A stretch of DNA of 64,000 nt from Octopus bimaculoides (Eukaryota): assembly GCF_001194135.2 (NCBI RefSeq), contig NC_068981.1, positions 191,764,555 through 191,828,554 on the forward strand, given 5' to 3'. Both the position numbers and the translations under genes were made by a program. Below the pieces are notes generated by a model. That model was not told where the DNA came from. It did no database searches and was given only the letters and a program-made list of their open reading frames with translations. Shown piece after piece: positions 26,112 to 38,166 of this stretch. Numbering within the stretch: position 1 is the first letter of the stretch; each line of letters starts with the position of its first letter.

Positions 26112-27132
26112 CTTTTTAATGAAAGTTTCTTGCAATATTTGTTCTTGTGAATTAGTGATTGTTCAGTTGGAAATTTTTTTAACCAGTGACAGACACTATT
26201 GTTTACAAATTACACTACATGGTAAAAGATAAATTTTGGTATCTTTAAACTGTCATTTCAATAACAACTTCTGGCTGTGTTGGGACCAGTTTTCTTTTAT
26301 TTTGAGCCAAAACTTCCTTCTAAACTCATTATTATTATTCTTGACCAGTTGATTGGCAAAATCATTAGAACAATGACAAAAAAATACTTTGTGATATTTA
26401 GTCATGATCATTGATGTTTAGAGATCAAATCAAGTTACCCTTTCGTCCTTCACAGGTTGATAAAATACAGTCGCATCTGTCAATTGCTTTGAGTGATTTA
26501 ATAAATTTTACCCTACCCACAACTGTGTGGCCAATGTCAGAAATTATTGTTGTTATTATTAAGGTGGTGAGCTAGCTGAAATGTTAGACCTTGTGCCTAA
26601 ATTACAAACCAATATTATTATTATGATTCCAGTAATTTTATTGTGATTGTAACTTTCATTACATAACCATGATCGACTTATATGCCATAGGTATAAGTGT
26701 ATCTTGCTCTTTGTTTTATCATTATATTGGATGTACAGAATGTGTGCAATGTCTTATATTGTTATTTTCTGAATGTTAAATATGTCTAAATAACACTTTG
26801 CTATATATATTTGCATTTCTTTTAATCATTTCTACAATATCATTGTTATTGTGGGGATTGTTTATTTTTGCCCTACATCCCCTGGATATCTCTATTTCAA
26901 GAGTTTTATATTTGGATAGTTTTCTCCTTTTTTTTTTTCCATTTCTTTTGAAGGTGTATTGTTATAAGTTGAGATTGATTATTGATTAGGATATACTATT
27001 GTCTTGTCTCCTGCCCCATATTTGCCAACAATGTAAGGGGTGTCTACTTTAATTTCCTCATGTGAACCAGTATTTCTTAGAGTATAGATACATTACTCTC
27101 CGAATAATTTTGTGGTGGATGCTTGTACCTTC

Positions 27133-27173
27133 AGAAAAATATGTCAACATTCTAAATGTTGACATATTTTTCT
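27133..27173. repeat. perfect palindrome, 19-bp arms, 3-nt loop
   Basis: agaaaaatatgtcaacatt-cta-aatgttgacatatttttct. Confidence 0.95.
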
Positions 27174-27399
27174 TTGTATATATTTATATGCTTTGTTTTA
27201 GCTAAGACTAAGAAAAAAAGAATCAATAGGATTGATTGTTTCTCTAGGTCTTCCACAAATCCTGGATTTATTTTATATATTGTTTTATTATCGTTATTAT
27301 TATTATTATTATGTTTTTTTTAGTTTCTAGTGGGAAGGTTTTGATCTTTTACCATAAACAGAAGTCCTTCAGTTTCAGTTTTGAGTCCTGCGTTTCCCA

Positions 27400-27600
27400 G
27401 CCATTTTACATGTTATATTTTTTTTTGTTTTTACATGAGGTGTGAAGTTCAGGTAATTTTTTTAGGGTTAGATAAGGATTTAAATAAAATTCCTATTCAT
27501 CATTATTGTAGATTTAAAGATACTTTGGGGTTTCTTGTGATGCTATTTGCATTAGTTGAATTAAAATTGTTTCTTAATATATTAGGTGATGCTGAATCTT
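27400..27600 (+). pseudogene. cob: nuclear mitochondrial insertion (NUMT) of cytochrome b
   Basis: FLFLHE...LGLDKDLNKIPIHHYCSFKDTLGFLVMLFALVELKLFLNMLGDAES (AGA read as Ser, ATA as Met) matches the cytb FLHE.GS.NPLG...DKIPFH.Y.S.KD..GF...LGD.EN segment; frameshifted. Confidence 0.8.
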
Positions 27601-28009
27601 GTCTTTATTTACTTCTATTATGTTCTGTTTTGATATGAGTTGGTTAACATGTAGCTAAATTTGCCATTCTCATAGCTTTTTGTAGTCTTGGAATTTTAGT
27701 CTTTGAATTATTTTCTATTGTTTCTCTATTCTTCTCATATCTGTCAGCCTAGTCTCTGTTTTATAAATGTTGACTGTCTTGAAAATACAAAGATTTTAGT
27801 TTTATTCATACTTTGATGCTATATGTATGCATTTTCTTTTAATCTTTACTAGACTTTTCTTGTCATATTTCAGTAGGTATTTTATAAGTCTTCTGCAATT
27901 AGAAAATGATCTTTTTGTGTTAAATCTATTCTTTCTACTAGTTTGACTTGTGGAAATTGCACAGAGTAGATGACGTGTTTATCTTCCCTATAAAATCCTC
28001 GTCATCATT

Positions 28010-28380
28010 GCTTTAACATCCACTTGTCCATGCTCACTGATGGAGATTTTCTGTGGTCAGATGTCCTTCCTGTCACCAACACTCAACTGTTTCTAAGCAA
28101 GGTAGTATTTTCCTCTGGCTAGACATGTTTTTGGAGAATATTGAAAATGAATGACACTGGTTGTATGACAGTGACACTCATTTACAATTATCATGTGATG
28201 TCAAGACAAGGAGACACAAACATGCACATGTGATAGGCTTCTTTTGGTTTCAGTCTACCAAATCCACTTAGAAGGCTTGATCTGGGGCTACAGTAGAAGA
28301 CACTCGCTCAAGGTGCCATGCAGTAAGACTGAACCATGTGGTTGGAAGCAAACTTCTTGACCACAAGGCGACACCTGCAC
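28010..28380 (-). mobile_element. SINE family B2, near full length
   Basis: Tail catcattgctttaacatccacttgtccatgc through head catgtggttggaagcaaacttcttgaccac. Confidence 0.85.
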
Positions 28381-30754
28381 ATAATAAATTAAGTATATAT
28401 TAATTCAGGGATACCTGTATTTACTTAACATTTTGTGATTGGAATGTCTAGTAATTTTTCAAGATATTTGTTATTTGACAGAAAAAAAACATAATAAAAT
28501 TAAATCAATAAGAATTCTTTTTAACTAATTTTATTGAAGTTTACCTAGTTAATTTTTAATATTAAAAAGTGTATGTTTTAAGTAAATTCTCAAATTTAAG
28601 GTCTAGTTATAATCAAGTATTGTTTTCTTTTATTCCACCCTTTCCTAGGGGCTTTGCCTTTTGGGGCAGGCAGTATTCCCTGGAAAGGGCTGCCCAGACA
28701 CTCACATTGCTGCCTTGGCCTGCTGGTATTCAGGGTTCAGCACTGACTGACCATTGGGACTAAGCTGCTTGTGTGCAGAACTCTTGCTAGCAGCTTCCAG
28801 TTATTTACACCGACTACTGTCACATTCACTCCATCACCAGAGGGATTTTCACTTCTCTGAACAAAATGCCTTGGACAGTAAGGCAGTTGGCATCACTCCT
28901 CCACTCCTAACTGCTTCTCTAAGCCTCTGCACCAGGTACCAAGTGGTGTACAAAAATGTAACAAGCATGGTTGACAATAGAGCTGCTCTGCAGTTGGTGC
29001 TACCTGTTGTCTGATGGTGCAGATCTTCCACTTGGCTGCAGTAACCTTCTACCTGTTGATCTAGGACTCCTCTGACTTGTCAGTTATCCAATATCCTGCT
29101 GCTGACATCTTCATTATATCCCTGGCATGGGAGGCTAGCACTTGTCCAAGGTGCCATTCTGAGATGTAGACAGAAGAAGTGACTTACTCTCCCTTTTACA
29201 GCGTACCACTGATGTGGGTACTGTATGATCAAGCATATCACACTTGAGATCATTGATATATTACATACAAGTGTGTATTTAAAATCTATTTGATTCATGA
29301 GAAAGCTGTTAACTTCTGATGAACTTGAATAACAGGTTAAATAACTTAACATATATTCATATATGTCACAGCAGTATAACTGTGCTTCTATTCTTCTGTT
29401 TATGATATTTTGATTTCTGCTTTTGACCTAAACATATGTCACGTATTGGTTTTCATGAATATTATTTGCAGCTTTGTCTGTGACTGCATTTAAATAATAA
29501 ACACATTTAAACAATAAATACGTTTAGCTGAAATAATCCCAATCAATGCCAACATAGTCTAGCAAAGTCCTGGAACCATGAATAACAGCAATATGTTTAT
29601 ATCATCTATTTCTAGAGCAAACAGACCAACCAGTACTTTTAAATCATGGCTCCTGGTTGACTGACAGTATAGGCAACATCTAATGGCTTGCACAAGTTTG
29701 GCACACTTGGAAGATGTGTATGTATAATATTGATTAGACTGTGTTAGAATGAAACAAACATTTATGAATTGATTTTAATGAACTTTATTAAAAACAGATT
29801 TATAATATTCATACAATGATTTCATGAATCTATGGGATTATTGATGACAGTGTATAGTCAGTTACCATCATCATCCCTCTGCTTTCTGTACTGGTATGGG
29901 TTGGATGGGTCATTGTGGTCTAGATCAATTTTAAGTTTAACTACTTTTCTAAATGAGTCAGAGACTATGTCTTGCTTATTTATTTCATTTTGGTCTGGTG
30001 TTTAAGGCTGGACGTCCTTCCTCTCACCAGCTTTACAGAGTGTACTAGGTGCATTCTACCATGGCACCAGTTCTGTAGAAGCTACATGCCTTTGCAAGGC
30101 TAAAGAGTTGTCTCTTGTTCATTCACCACCTGCTTTATCATTGCTACCAAATCCTAAAAACTCTTTTTTGTTACTGTTACTCTCAGATATACATACAATT
30201 CCATCATCAAATTGAACTTCATTTTTTGTAATAAATCCATCTCTCTTAGAGTTAAACTGTTGCTTGGGTTTGACACTTGTTCATTTTCTTACTCAAAAAA
30301 TTCCTTGCATAACAATTCAACAACTGCAATGGAAATATCAAAGTTTTTTTTTAATATTTAATCACCATTTCACTTGGAGTACTTTCCCATACCTCTGTCA
30401 CCTATTTGATATTTTGGCTTTGTTTTACTGACAGAGTATTGTCATTTCTATTCATGAACCTTGTACACCACCCAGCTGAACTGTGGAACTTTTGAGTTTA
30501 ATATACTTACTTATATCCCTGAATAACTGGAACATTTTTGTTCTAATAGCCATGTAGCTAACAACTAACGCATTCATATGAAATTCACTTACCCAAGGAT
30601 GTAAATCTTTATCCAGTTCCTCATCAGGTGAAAGTATATCATAGAGCACATTTTGTTTTTGGCATTTTCTTGAGTGTTTCTTTTTGTTTCCACTAGTTAC
30701 TCACTAATTTCTCTGACACACAAAACTCGCAACAATGTACTCTTCAATATATTC

Positions 30755-30812
30755 CACACCTGTCCAACCCATGCTAGCATGGAAAGCGGACGTTAAACGA
30801 TGATGATGATGA
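30755..30812 (+). mobile_element. short 5'-truncated RTE tail
   Basis: gtccaacccatgctagcatggaaagcggacgttaaacgatgatgatgatga, CpGs intact. Confidence 0.85.
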
Positions 30813-31649
30813 CACAACTTAAAATCAACCTCATAAGTTGATCTATTGTCTTTAGTGGTCATGTTTTAGTTTCTAGTCACCTTTTTCTATCAAAATAGAA
30901 TGTTTTTAATACTTTTGCCAACAAATCTATGGATATACAAACAAGAAGTTTACACAGTTATGTACAAATTGGTCACAGATGCCTTTGTTTTGTTGGAGAA
31001 TTGCATTTTATTCAAGCAGTCATTTGTTTTCATGCATGACATTTCATGCATGACATGTATAATTGTTTACTATGCAGACTTCATAGCATAACCAACCCAC
31101 TCTGCATATGTCAGTGTGTGCTAGTCTGTACTGCAAATTTTGAGCTCAGAGCAAGGTCTGGTTGATAAATTGCATGCAGTTTTGCACATTCTTATTTTGA
31201 GTAATAAAAGTGTAAGCTACCTTGGTATTCGAAGTGTTGTTACCTCTGAAAAGGTGTTATGTAACTTCATACCTTCAAGGACTTCCTATTTGATGAATGC
31301 TTCCTTAAATGTTGGAAGCTCTCCTGACTGTACTGTCCATTTGTCTGTAAATGAAGCTGCTCTTTTGGCCATGTGCGAGAAGCGTTCGAAGATGGAATTA
31401 ATTTCTCTACATACCAAAGGCTTACTGAATACATCCTTGTGATAACATTGCTAGTTCACATTCTCTATGTTCAGTTAGTATCTTTGATGGAACATAAACA
31501 GGATATCTTAATGACTATTCAGAAATCTCATGGGCACTGGCAATCACACTGATTTAGTTTTAACCCAGCAGCCAAATGTGTATCACAGTGATGACCTTGG
31601 TCAGCAGCTTGTTGTTGTTCTCTCTCTCTCTCTTGTTAAAATCTTTTTA

Positions 31650-31833
31650 TTTTGGGGGAGTGGGGCCAGTTGATTAGATCAACTCCAGTACGCAACTGGT
31701 ACTTAATTTATCGACCTCGAAAGGATGAAATGCAAAGTTGATCTCAGCAGAATTTGAACTCAGAACATAAAGACAGATGAAATACCGCTAAGCATTTCGC
31801 CCAGCATGCTAACGATTCTGCCAGCTCGCTACC
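31650..31833 (-). mobile_element. SINE family A
   Basis: gggccagttgattagatc...ctggtacttaatttatcgacctcgaaaggatgaaa...gattctgccagctcgc. Confidence 0.9.
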
Positions 31834-32665
31834 TTAAAAAATTCTTTTCTACTCTAAGCACAAGGCATCTCCCCAATATATTAAATTGCTGAACCATGTC
31901 ATATGTATTTTAGAATTGTTGTGGTCTCCTTTGGCTCTCATTGTCTATTTTTCTCTTTTTTCTTTTTGATTCTCATCTAATCTTATGTTTCTTCATTCGT
32001 ATTTTTACTTTTCACTTGTTCTGTTTCTCATATTTTTTAAAGATTTCACTCCTTTGTTACTCGTTCATTTTACTTCTTTGTATTGTATCCTTTTATTCTC
32101 TTCTATTTCAGAGATTTTTTTCTTCTTCTCAAAGTTCATTATTCATGCTGTTTTGTGTATTATGGTACATCTCTCTTATATTCTGCATCACATACTCTTT
32201 CTATATAACATAAATCTTCTCAGTTTTTGTCTGTTATATCTTTTGATCCTTTGTAAATTGCTGATTCAATTTTCTTGACACTCTTCTTCTAATAGATGTT
32301 CACTTTGTCATCTTTGATGTTCTCTTGCTTGTTGTAGCAACATAGAAATGAAAAAAGAAGTTTTAAAACTTTAACAGTTTCATGCTTATTAGGTAAAACA
32401 ATGTGTTGGTGTTTGGAATGGAAGTATATCTTCCTGGAGTCAGTATTCACATGTGAAATACAACAACTAACAAAAAATATAGTACTGCCGCAAATATATA
32501 ACTGTTGCTCTTTAGCTTTATCGAATGGGGCCACCATTTAGCAGTATGGCATTTATAAATGGATAGTTGCATGGCAGATACATGTGACAAATCAATGTAT
32601 ATACATATGTATGCAGTCAAAATAGGATGCACTATTTTGATTATTTCTGTGTTGTTTTTCTTTTT

Positions 32666-32702
<37 letters not shown>

Positions 32703-32734
32703 GGTGGGGGCAGAGGATATTTTTCTGAGATAGC

Positions 32735-32873
32735 ATGACTTATCAACCCCAGTGCATAACTGGTACTTATTTAATCAACCCTTCAGTGGAATTTGAATTC
32801 AGAATGTAAAGACAGATGAAATACCGCTACGCATTTCACCCGGTGTGCTAACATTTCTGCCAGCTCACCACCT
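32735..32873 (-). mobile_element. SINE family A, internally deleted
   Basis: Same head and core as 31650-31833 but lacking the ggatgaaaggcaaagtc segment. Confidence 0.85.
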
Positions 32874-34069
32874 TTCAGAAATGAAATATTGATCTATGTA
32901 TGTAAAGTCTTGGCAAATTAATAACAACAGCACAATACTTCAGGTGATTATTTAAGAAAATCATGTGAAAAGTACCCTCTCAGTAATCTGTAAGTAATAG
33001 GCAGATACATATTATACTATGTGCACACTGCAGTTATTGATGTTGTGCATAAGCTCACATTGTGCTAAATGTGGATATGCATGCATTCTGAAGTAACTTG
33101 TTTTTATTTTTTATACTGTAATAAATTATATTTCTTAATTTAGTTATACTGTTCTTTCTCTTTGAATAATGATTTTTTCCCTTAGGATAAATAGTATAAT
33201 GTTTACCATTCTTTTCAATTTTGACATATGATCATGAAGTGAAGTTATATATTCAGATGAGTAAATGAAACATTTGTTTTTAGTCTTGAATGATGAAGTT
33301 GATTCTGTTTAATGTAGTTCTTACACATTTTTTAAAAAATAGTTATCAAAGACAGTATTATTAAATTATTTTTTTATATCATAAATTTTAATCCAATACA
33401 AGTAAATGTCCAGATGATAGTAAAATTGCCTAAAAGGTTCCACCAGTAGCTTTCTGTAAAGTGTCTTCCATATAGGTATAGCTATTTAAATGCTCCCATA
33501 TGAAATTGCTGTATTGCTGGTGTATTTTATTATGATGTCCATTGTGCAATGAGTTGGTAGTGTACTTGGCTCACAATCCTTACTGGTTTGAAGTCTCATG
33601 ATATGCGCTCTTCTCTAGTATGAAAAAAAAAAAAAAAAAAAAAAAGGAGGACTGAGTAACTTCCTTTATACCTAAAGCATGATATGCTGACTATAGATGT
33701 TGGGCTTTGTCTGGTGAACATGGTATGTAATTTTCTTGATTTCTTTCTAATTCATTTCATTGCCAACTGAGGATCTTATAACATGCCTAACTGAACAGCT
33801 AGGTTATTGGTACTTATGCTGAATATTTAGTCAGTTATAAGTGTTAATCTGTTATATCTGCGTTATTTCTTCTTTACTTTTTCTTTGATTTGCATATGTT
33901 TAGTTCATTGTTCTAGTTCTCAAGTATTTGTGGTCTAATTCTCTTATCTTTGTCTAGTCTCTTTATTTATGTATGCTTTGTTTTCAGTTTTCTCTAATTA
34001 AAGTGTCCTTGGCTTTTTTTCCCCTTACATGCATACGTGCACTGTGTTGTTGTTGCCGCTGCTGCTAAG

Positions 34070-34298
34070 GTGGTGGCAAGCTGGCAGAATTGTTAGCACA
34101 CCAGGCAAAATGCTTAGTGGCATTTTGTTCATCCTTACGTTTTGAGTTCAAATTCCACTGAGGTCAACTTTATCTTTCATCCTTCCGGGGTCAATAAAAT
34201 AGGTATTAGTTGAGTACTGGGGTTGATGTAACTGACTAGCTCCCTCCCCCAAAGTTTCAGGTCTTGTGCCTATAGAAGAAAGAATGATTATTATTATT
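34070..34298 (+). mobile_element. SINE family A, full length with (ATT)n tail
   Basis: ggcaagctggcagaattgttagcac...gagttcaaattccactgaggtc...ccttccggggtcaataaaatagg...gattattattatt. Confidence 0.9.
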
Positions 34299-35619
34299 AA
34301 TTGCATTTGGGTGCGAGTTTTTTTCTTTTAAGGATTTTTGTTAATTTATAGTTTATTCTACAATACAGTTTCCTGTAAGAATATTCCCAACTACATGCAT
34401 TAATTAAAATTGAAGACAATATTGTAAAACCAAATAATTTACTAATGTGATTATATTCTCATCCTTATAATATACAATTAAGTAGGAAATAACAAGTGGG
34501 TATATATGATATAATATAAACTAAAGGCTGATATTAAATTTTACCGATCTATTATAGAGAGCAGTTCATTTAATGTGGTATATCTATAAACTGAATTAAT
34601 TACTGAAGTTACACAAATACTGAGCATTATGTATATATTATGAGGAGCAAATTTTACACAAGTAAAAAGATTAGTTATTTTTAGTTTTACTTCAAAACTA
34701 GGAGCAAATTCTCACGGTTGTTGTGACATCCTTTATTGAGACACATTGTACTACTTGCATTAGTCACCTTTGTGGAAAATGAATAACTCAGTTTATGACA
34801 AAGTGAACAGACCATAAACCACATTTTCTGATGGAACCAACCTGAAATCTGTTGCATGATTTTTCAGTGTCTTACAATAAGATCTATTGTAGGATACTGA
34901 GTTTTGGGTATATTATAAAACAGAAATTTGGGTATATTAATTGAAACATTTAAAGAACATTCATATAGCTTGAGTAGGAATCACAACTTAAAATGTGCTC
35001 TGAACTTGTAACTGGTAATTGTTAAAGTAGCTAAGTAGCTATTGAGTTTAAAAAGGAAATTTTAACATCCTGATTGCCAGTTTGAACCTGGGTCATGACA
35101 AAATGAGTCATAACTTATTCAAGTGAAGATTAAAAAATAAAATAATTATTGATGATGATGATAATAATCGTTTTAATGTCAACTTTTCCATGCTTGCATT
35201 GGTCTGTAAATTTTTATAAGCATAACAGCTTCTGTATCGAATGAATACTAGATTTAGGATGACAATGCTTACATTGATACATCTTAATGAAAATAATTTT
35301 AAATTTAAGAAACATTTAAATACAATTTTTATTGTTAAAAGCTTAAATCTTTTAATAAAAAATTATACTACACACATTCACACACATCCATCTTTTTTTG
35401 TTTGTTGTTTGTTCTTTTGTTTGTTTCCAATCAAACATGAAATTGAAGTTATAATAGTGCAACATATTTTATTTTATTTTCTGAAGAAAATGGTTAACTA
35501 TGACTTCATAGTTTCAGTCATGTAGTTTTCATTATCTCTTGTCTAATATTTATTGCTGTACACCATCTCTTTCTTTTCTTTTAATCTAGTTTTAGTTTTT
35601 GTTTAGAAAGCTCTAATTC

Positions 35620-35655
<36 letters not shown>

Positions 35656-35731
35656 NNNNNNNNNNNNNNNNNNNNNNNNNNNNNNNNNNNNNNNNNNNNN
35701 NNNNNNNNNNNNNNNNNNNNNNNNNNNNNNN
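35656..35731. other. assembly gap (76 N)
   Basis: N run following a poly(A) tract. Confidence 0.99.
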
Positions 35732-36095
35732 ATTTATTTTAAAGAACCTCCAAAAACAACTTTGTCAATCTGAACACTTTCGACTATTCACACTGAAGTT
35801 TATACATACATTTAGTAGCTAGTCATGCTACTTCAGGCTGATGACGAGCAAAAACTCAGAAACATGTCCCTGAATGCAGGCTAGGCTGGGTGGATGTGCT
35901 TGTCTCCCCTTTGTAAACATAAGAACACAGGAAATGTGTCAAGGCCGACAGGAAGCGGTGCAGCTTCCTAGGGATAAATAGCAGTAGTATGATTCCCCTA
36001 TTGGGACTGTCACGTTAAGTTGACAGTATACAACTACTTTATCGTAACACTGCTTAAGTCTCTCTTTGAGATTTAGAAATAGATAATTTCTAATT
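35732..36095 (+). mobile_element. probable Penelope-like element pseudo-LTR
   Basis: Non-SINE, CpG-retaining segment carrying a minimal hammerhead and a downstream gataaatag TATA-like box; abuts the gap. Assignment is inferred from the known PLE-hammerhead association. Confidence 0.45.
35832..35874 (+). ncRNA. minimal type-I hammerhead ribozyme motif (Penelope-type)
   Basis: Stem I ttcagg/cctgaa, CUGAUGA 35838-35844, stem II gag/ctc with a C.A closing mismatch, GAAA 35859-35862, palindromic ACAUGU stem III, GUC cleavage triplet ending at 35868. Confidence 0.7.
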
Positions 36096-36096
36096 C

Positions 36097-36149
<53 letters not shown>

Positions 36150-36164
36150 GACATTTCTGTCTGT

Positions 36165-36347
36165 GCTGGTGGCATGTAAAAAGCACCCGCTACATTCTCA
36201 AAATGGTTGGCATTAAGAAGGGCAACCAGCTGTAGAAACCTTGCCAAATCAGATATGAACCGGGTGCAGCCTTCTGGCTTACCAGTCCTCAGTCAAACTG
36301 TCCAACCCATGCCAGCATGGAAAGCGGACATTAAACAATGATGATGA
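36165..36347 (+). mobile_element. RTE 3' tail (family C)
   Basis: ggtggcatgtaaaaagcaccc...aagggcaaccagctgtagaaacc...gcatggaaagcggacattaaacaatgatgatgat. Confidence 0.9.
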
Positions 36348-37720
36348 TCTCTTAGTTTATACTCTAGAGTGGTTGGTTGGTTGGCTGTTTAACTGGTTTA
36401 CTACATTGTTGTTTCACATTTTATACTTCATATATAGAACAATTTGTAGTTTTGAAGAGATTTTTCATTTAGATGTTAGGATTTTTGTTTTTCATATAAT
36501 CTGAGATTGTATGATAACAGTTGAAGGTGGTTACACCTGAATCAAAGCATGCTAAGTCCCAACACAAAATGTGTTTTGCTAATCTTAGTATTGAGAAATC
36601 TATTGTTTTGAGATCCTATAATCAGCCCCCTTTCTTATGACTAAGTTCTCTGATAGTTGACCGACTGTTTTGATATATTTTGACATTTCCTTTTTAAAAT
36701 CAAATCATTAAATTTACATCTCTTTGCATTACTTTTGGCTGGTACTTTATCAATGCTGGAGGGATGAAAAACATGATACTGAAGTCAATTTTGACTTCAG
36801 TATGACTCCTCTGGGGTCAAAGTCCCAGTCAAATACTGGGGTCAGTGATATTAACTAATCCACTCCTCTCAATTTCAAGGCTGTCTAAATCAGAAACTAT
36901 TATTTTGAAGAGTGACATTCTTTGCATGCTTCTACATTAATGAAAGATATCTTATTGAAAATTATTCAAATTATTTTTGCTAGATGCATTTGAAATATGA
37001 ACATTTCTCAAAGATATTCTATAACTTCGATTTTATTTCTATTTCACTCTGTTTCCTTCTCTTCTCTATTAGATTATCTAAGTTTTTGAAAATTGTCAAA
37101 AGTTGAAATGTTCTCTTTAAAACAGTACCAACTTAAAACTTAAATAAAGTTCTGGGTGTTATTTAGTTGCAAAACCTACCTTCCAGAAGAATTTTGAATT
37201 GATTTTAAACTTGTTGGTAATAATTCTAATGATGTCTGAAATTCTACCATAAACATAGCATCTGAAAGATACTAGAATTTCCTTTTTAATAGTGAGAGGC
37301 TACTGTAAAACATTTGTTCATGTTTTAGTTGGAAAGTGTCATATGCTGGACAAATGCCAATGATGATGAGTTTCATTGTCAGCTGCATTGACATCAATGC
37401 TATAATTTGTTTTTGGTATTGACACTCTTGGCTATATTATTGAAATATAAATGTGCTTGGCTGCCAATGTCCTATGTAGCTGTATAGGCTCTGAAAATCT
37501 CTTAGGTTGCTTATCTAATTTCTCCTTATGGAATATCATCAATTTACATTTATTTTATTTAAAAGTCAGTAATTATGTATTGTCTGTGAAGAAGCATAAA
37601 TCTCATATTGTGACTTTTGAACTTGGTTTGAGTTTCTTGTTTGAATCAGAAAGTTGTAGTTCCTGACAAAAATATTTTAAGATTTTCATTTGTGCAAAAC
37701 AAAGAATTTTTCAAAGTTGC

Positions 37721-37794
37721 TTTTCAAATTCCATTAAATATTTTCATTTTCAATTCCATTAAATATTTTCATTTTCAATTCCATTAAATATTTT
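37721..37794. repeat. 25-bp minisatellite, about 3 copies
   Basis: Unit ttttcaattccattaaatattttca. Confidence 0.9.
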
Positions 37795-37952
37795 ATTGTA
37801 ACTCCACCTTCAGGTAGAAGACACTTGCCTAAGGTATCATGCAGTGAGATCCAACCTGATTTTGTGTAGTGTCAAAACAATCTTTCTACTCAGACAGCTG
37901 TGTTTGTATCAAAGATCCTCACTGCTGTCTCAAAATATTGAAGATAGCAAGA

Positions 37953-38166
37953 TAGCATTCAGATAACTCCATCAAATGTAATGTTTATTTATTCATATTG
38001 TCTTGAATTAATCGCGCATTATCTCATAGCTTCAAGATTTCAATGATGTGTTTGTATATTTTTAGAATGATATTGTAGGGCAGGTGAGAGAGGCCAAATT
38101 TGGCCATTTTGAACATAAATAGGAAGAAAATTTAGGCCAAATATGGTCAGTTTAAATGTTAAAGGG
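37953..38166 (-). mobile_element. piggyBac-type MITE E1
   Basis: Ends aatgttaaaggg|ttaa; reverse complement of 61257-61476. Confidence 0.75.

Noticed and set aside
34070-34160. tRNA-like heads of family A and B elements as tRNA genes
   Set aside because: No complete cloverleaf or anticodon arm; they continue into SINE bodies.
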